64,000 nucleotides of DNA. Source: an uncultured delta proteobacterium. Its GTDB lineage: Bacteria > Desulfobacterota > BSN033 > UBA1163. This document shows positions 61,255 to 64,000 of the stretch, piece after piece. The stretch lies in assembly GCA_963827685.1 (NCBI GenBank), contig CAWHBU010000004.1:160001-224000 (forward strand). The letters are read 5' to 3'. Below the pieces are notes generated by a model, which worked only from the letters and a program-made list of their open reading frames with translations, made no database searches and was not told where the DNA came from. A program made the position numbers and the translations under genes. Numbering within the stretch: position 1 is the stretch's first letter; each line of letters begins with the position of its first letter.

Positions 61255-62933
61255 TCATCTCCCGGTGGTTTTTCTTAAGATCGCCCCTGTGTTCGCTGAC
61301 CCCACCCTATCTGCATAGCGTCTAAGATAACCTGTTTTTGCCTTGGGCTCAAATTCAGGTAGCTGGGCCAAACGATTATTTATTTCTTTATCCGTTAATT
61401 CTACTTCAAGTTTATGATTCGGAATGTCAATATGGATCATGTCCCCATCACGTAATGCGGCAATGGGACCACCACTTGCCGCTTCTGGAGAAACATGACC
61501 GATGGCAGCACCACGGGTTGCTCCGGAGAAACGACCATCTGTAACGAGAGCGACTTCTTTGTCCATCCCCATGCCGCAAAGCAATCCAGTAGGCCACAGC
61601 ATCTCCACCATTCCTGGACTCCCCCGAGGTCCCTCATAGCGACGATGATGACGTCCCCTGGCTTAAACTGCTGCTTCATAATTGCTGTTGTGGCTTCATG
61701 CTCGGAGTTGAAAACCCGCGCTGGCCCCCTATGGACAAACATTTCTGGAGCCACTGCACCCCTCTTAACGACTGCACCATCGGGGGCCAAGTTGCCGAAT
61801 AAAATAGTGACTCCACCTATCTTAGAATAAGGGTCTGACAAGGGCCGAATAACGTTCCTATCTCTAACCTGTGCCTGGTTTATATTCTCGGCTAAGGGCT
61901 TCCCGGAAATCGTCTTCACTTTAAGTTTTAGCAACTCTCGTAGTTCCTTCATCAAGGCATGCACACCGCCAGCAAGGTCTAAATGCTGGATACGGTGGTC
62001 TGAGGCGGGACTAAATTTACACAACTGAGGTGTCCGATCGCCAATCTCATTGATCGCTGATAATGAAAAATCGATCCCTGCTTCATGAGCTATCGCCGGG
62101 AGGTGTAGAACAGTGTTTGTGCTACCCCCGAAGGCCATGTCAACGACAAAGGCGTTGTAAATAGAATCCTTCGTCACGATATCACGGGGACGAATGTCTT
62201 CTGCTAAAACCCGCATGATCTGTTCCCCTGATTGCTTGGCGAGATGAATTCGCCTTGTATCGACGGCAGGAATGGTACCGTTGCCCGGCAGCGCCATTCC
62301 CAAAGCCTCGGTCAGGCAATTCATGGTGTTCGCCGTCCACATCCCGGCGCAACTGCCACAAGTAGGGCAAGCATGATGTTCTAATACTTCCAACTCCGCT
62401 TGACTCATCTCGCCTTTGATGGTCTTACCCATTGCCTCAACAACTGTTCCGAGGTCGATCAGTCGCGTCTTGTCTTCCTCCACGACCTGCCCAGCTAACA
62501 TGGGTCCGCCGCTAACAAATAGAGAGGGCAAGTTTGCTCTCAATGCTCCCATCAGCATACCTGGAACGATCTTGTCACAATTGGGTATAAAAACCAAACC
62601 ATCAAAGGGATAAGCTTCCGCCAAGATTTCGATGGTGTCAGCGATAAACTCCCGACTGGGTAAGTTATACCGCATACCAGGCGTCCCTTCATTGATACAC
62701 TCGCCGAGCGAAATCGTACCCACCTCAAAAGGTATCCCCCCGGCATTCCGCACACCTACTTTTACCCAATTCGTAATCGTGTTCAGGTGAACGTGACCAG
62801 GAAACATCTCGTTGAAGCTATTGATCACCCCGATGAAAGGTTTCTTAAGGTCCTCCTCGCTGCACCCTACAGCATATAATGCGGCGCGCGTTGGAGCCCG
62901 TTCAATTCCGAATTTTACTTTATCACTCCTCAT
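61255..62933 (-). CDS. ilvD: dihydroxy-acid dehydratase (IlvD/Edd family), frameshifted near 61640
   Basis: [35 protein letters not shown]; adding one C restores [12 protein letters not shown]. Confidence 0.85.
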
Positions 62934-63179
62934 CTTAATTTTTTTGGTAGTGTTTTTAGCTCGATGTTGTTCTTTGATCAAAGAATGCCATCTCTCATTG
63001 GCCTTTTTATAAGACAGATCTCAAATTCCTTTAGAGTTGATAATCTACCATGTTCAATTTTTTTGTCAATGAAAAATGGTGTTCACGACCGTATCCGGGG
63101 CATATAAATAAATTGACAAATTTTTTTGATGCTGTTAGAATTGTGATGCTTTTCACAATACTTGCGGATCGGATAGGCC

Positions 63180-64000
63180 ATGGTCCGAATGTCGATACGC
63201 CTAAAAGAGGAAGGGCCGATCATCGCCATAAGGATGACCAGTCAATTTCTAGGCATCCCTCTTTTCAAGGTTTACGCCTTTTTTATCGATGGCTTACTGA
63301 TCGACACCGGATTCGCCAACGGGCGAAAAAAATTCATGAAACTCTGTGATCGCCTCCGTCCCGCCATCGTGGTCAACACGCATCATCATGAGGATCATAC
63401 GGGCAACAATTACTGGATAACTAAAAAGTACGGCCTTTTACCCTTAGCACATCCTAAGACTTCGTCTTATATGAAAAATCCTTCTCAGTGGATACCGTTC
63501 TATCGGCGATTCGCGTGTGGAACGCCACTTCCTTCAGAGACCGGTGAGTTGGGCTCAGAGATTCAAACAGAAAGGTTCCGGTTTTTGGTTGTTCCCACAC
63601 CCGGGCATACGGACGACCACATCTGTCTCTATGAACCTGATGAGAGATGGCTTTTTTCAGGAGATCTCTTTATCATCGAACAAATAAAATATCTGAGAGA
63701 GGATGAGGATATCTATTCCATTCTCAATTCCTTGAAAAGGGTCGCAGCTCTCCAGCCTAAGAAGATGTTCTGTACCTTCAGTGGAATCGTTGATAACCCC
63801 GAAGAGGCCCTCCATCATAAGATTGAGTACTTAGAAGATCTTCAGAAAAAGATTGAAGAAGGACTTAAAAAGGGTCTATCCGCTCGGGGGATTCAACGGA
63901 AACTCTTAGGCAAAGGGGACCGTTTCTCTATTATGACAACAGGTCAAATGGGTAAAAAGAACCTGATCAATGCTTTTCTCAGATCAAAAGGGGTAGAACG
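63180..64000 (+). CDS. MBL-fold metallo-hydrolase, 3'-truncated by the window edge
   Basis: Manually translated: LIDTG, THHHEDH, TPGHT.DH, FSGDL. Confidence 0.9.
   Translation, partial: MVRMSIRLKEEGPIIAIRMTSQFLGIPLFKVYAFFIDGLLIDTGFANGRKKFMKLCDRLRPAIVVNTHHHEDHTGNNYWITKKYGLLPLAHPKTSSYMKNPSQWIPFYRRFACGTPLPSETGELGSEIQTERFRFLVVPTPGHTDDHICLYEPDERWLFSGDLFIIEQIKYLREDEDIYSILNSLKRVAALQPKKMFCTFSGIVDNPEEALHHKIEYLEDLQKKIEEGLKKGLSARGIQRKLLGKGDRFSIMTTGQMGKKNLINAFLRSKGVE

Overview
Anaerobic Desulfobacterota/Deltaproteobacteria-like chromosome segment; the taxonomy is inferred from gene content. 1-14.4 kb is a defence-type island: type I R-M hsdMSR, a membrane-anchored double-Cache/Schlafen(AlbA_2) fusion, a PLD nuclease, HEPN-like, DUF3800-like and DUF4760-like genes, and a short tyrosine recombinase with a duplicated C-terminal remnant. 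An intact IS3 follows. 16-41.8 kb is a TetR-led acyl-CoA catabolic and Liv-type ABC cluster littered with IS200, IS5, IS110 and IS630 remnants. 42.1-44.25 kb is an island border bracketed by two 3'-half tRNA att scars (Leu-TAA, Arg-TCT). It holds the most unusual feature: about 11 different fragments of phage terminase-small-subunit-like genes, most centred on a 10-bp-period direct repeat, which looks like a library of packaging (pac) sites. 44.3-64 kb is core genome: tRNAs, tig-clpP-clpX, GH57, GT2-ParB-SPL, a second Liv operon, an ilvD-like gene and an MBL hydrolase. Several single-base frameshifts at short homopolymers may be sequencing errors. Everything was read by eye; no searches were run.
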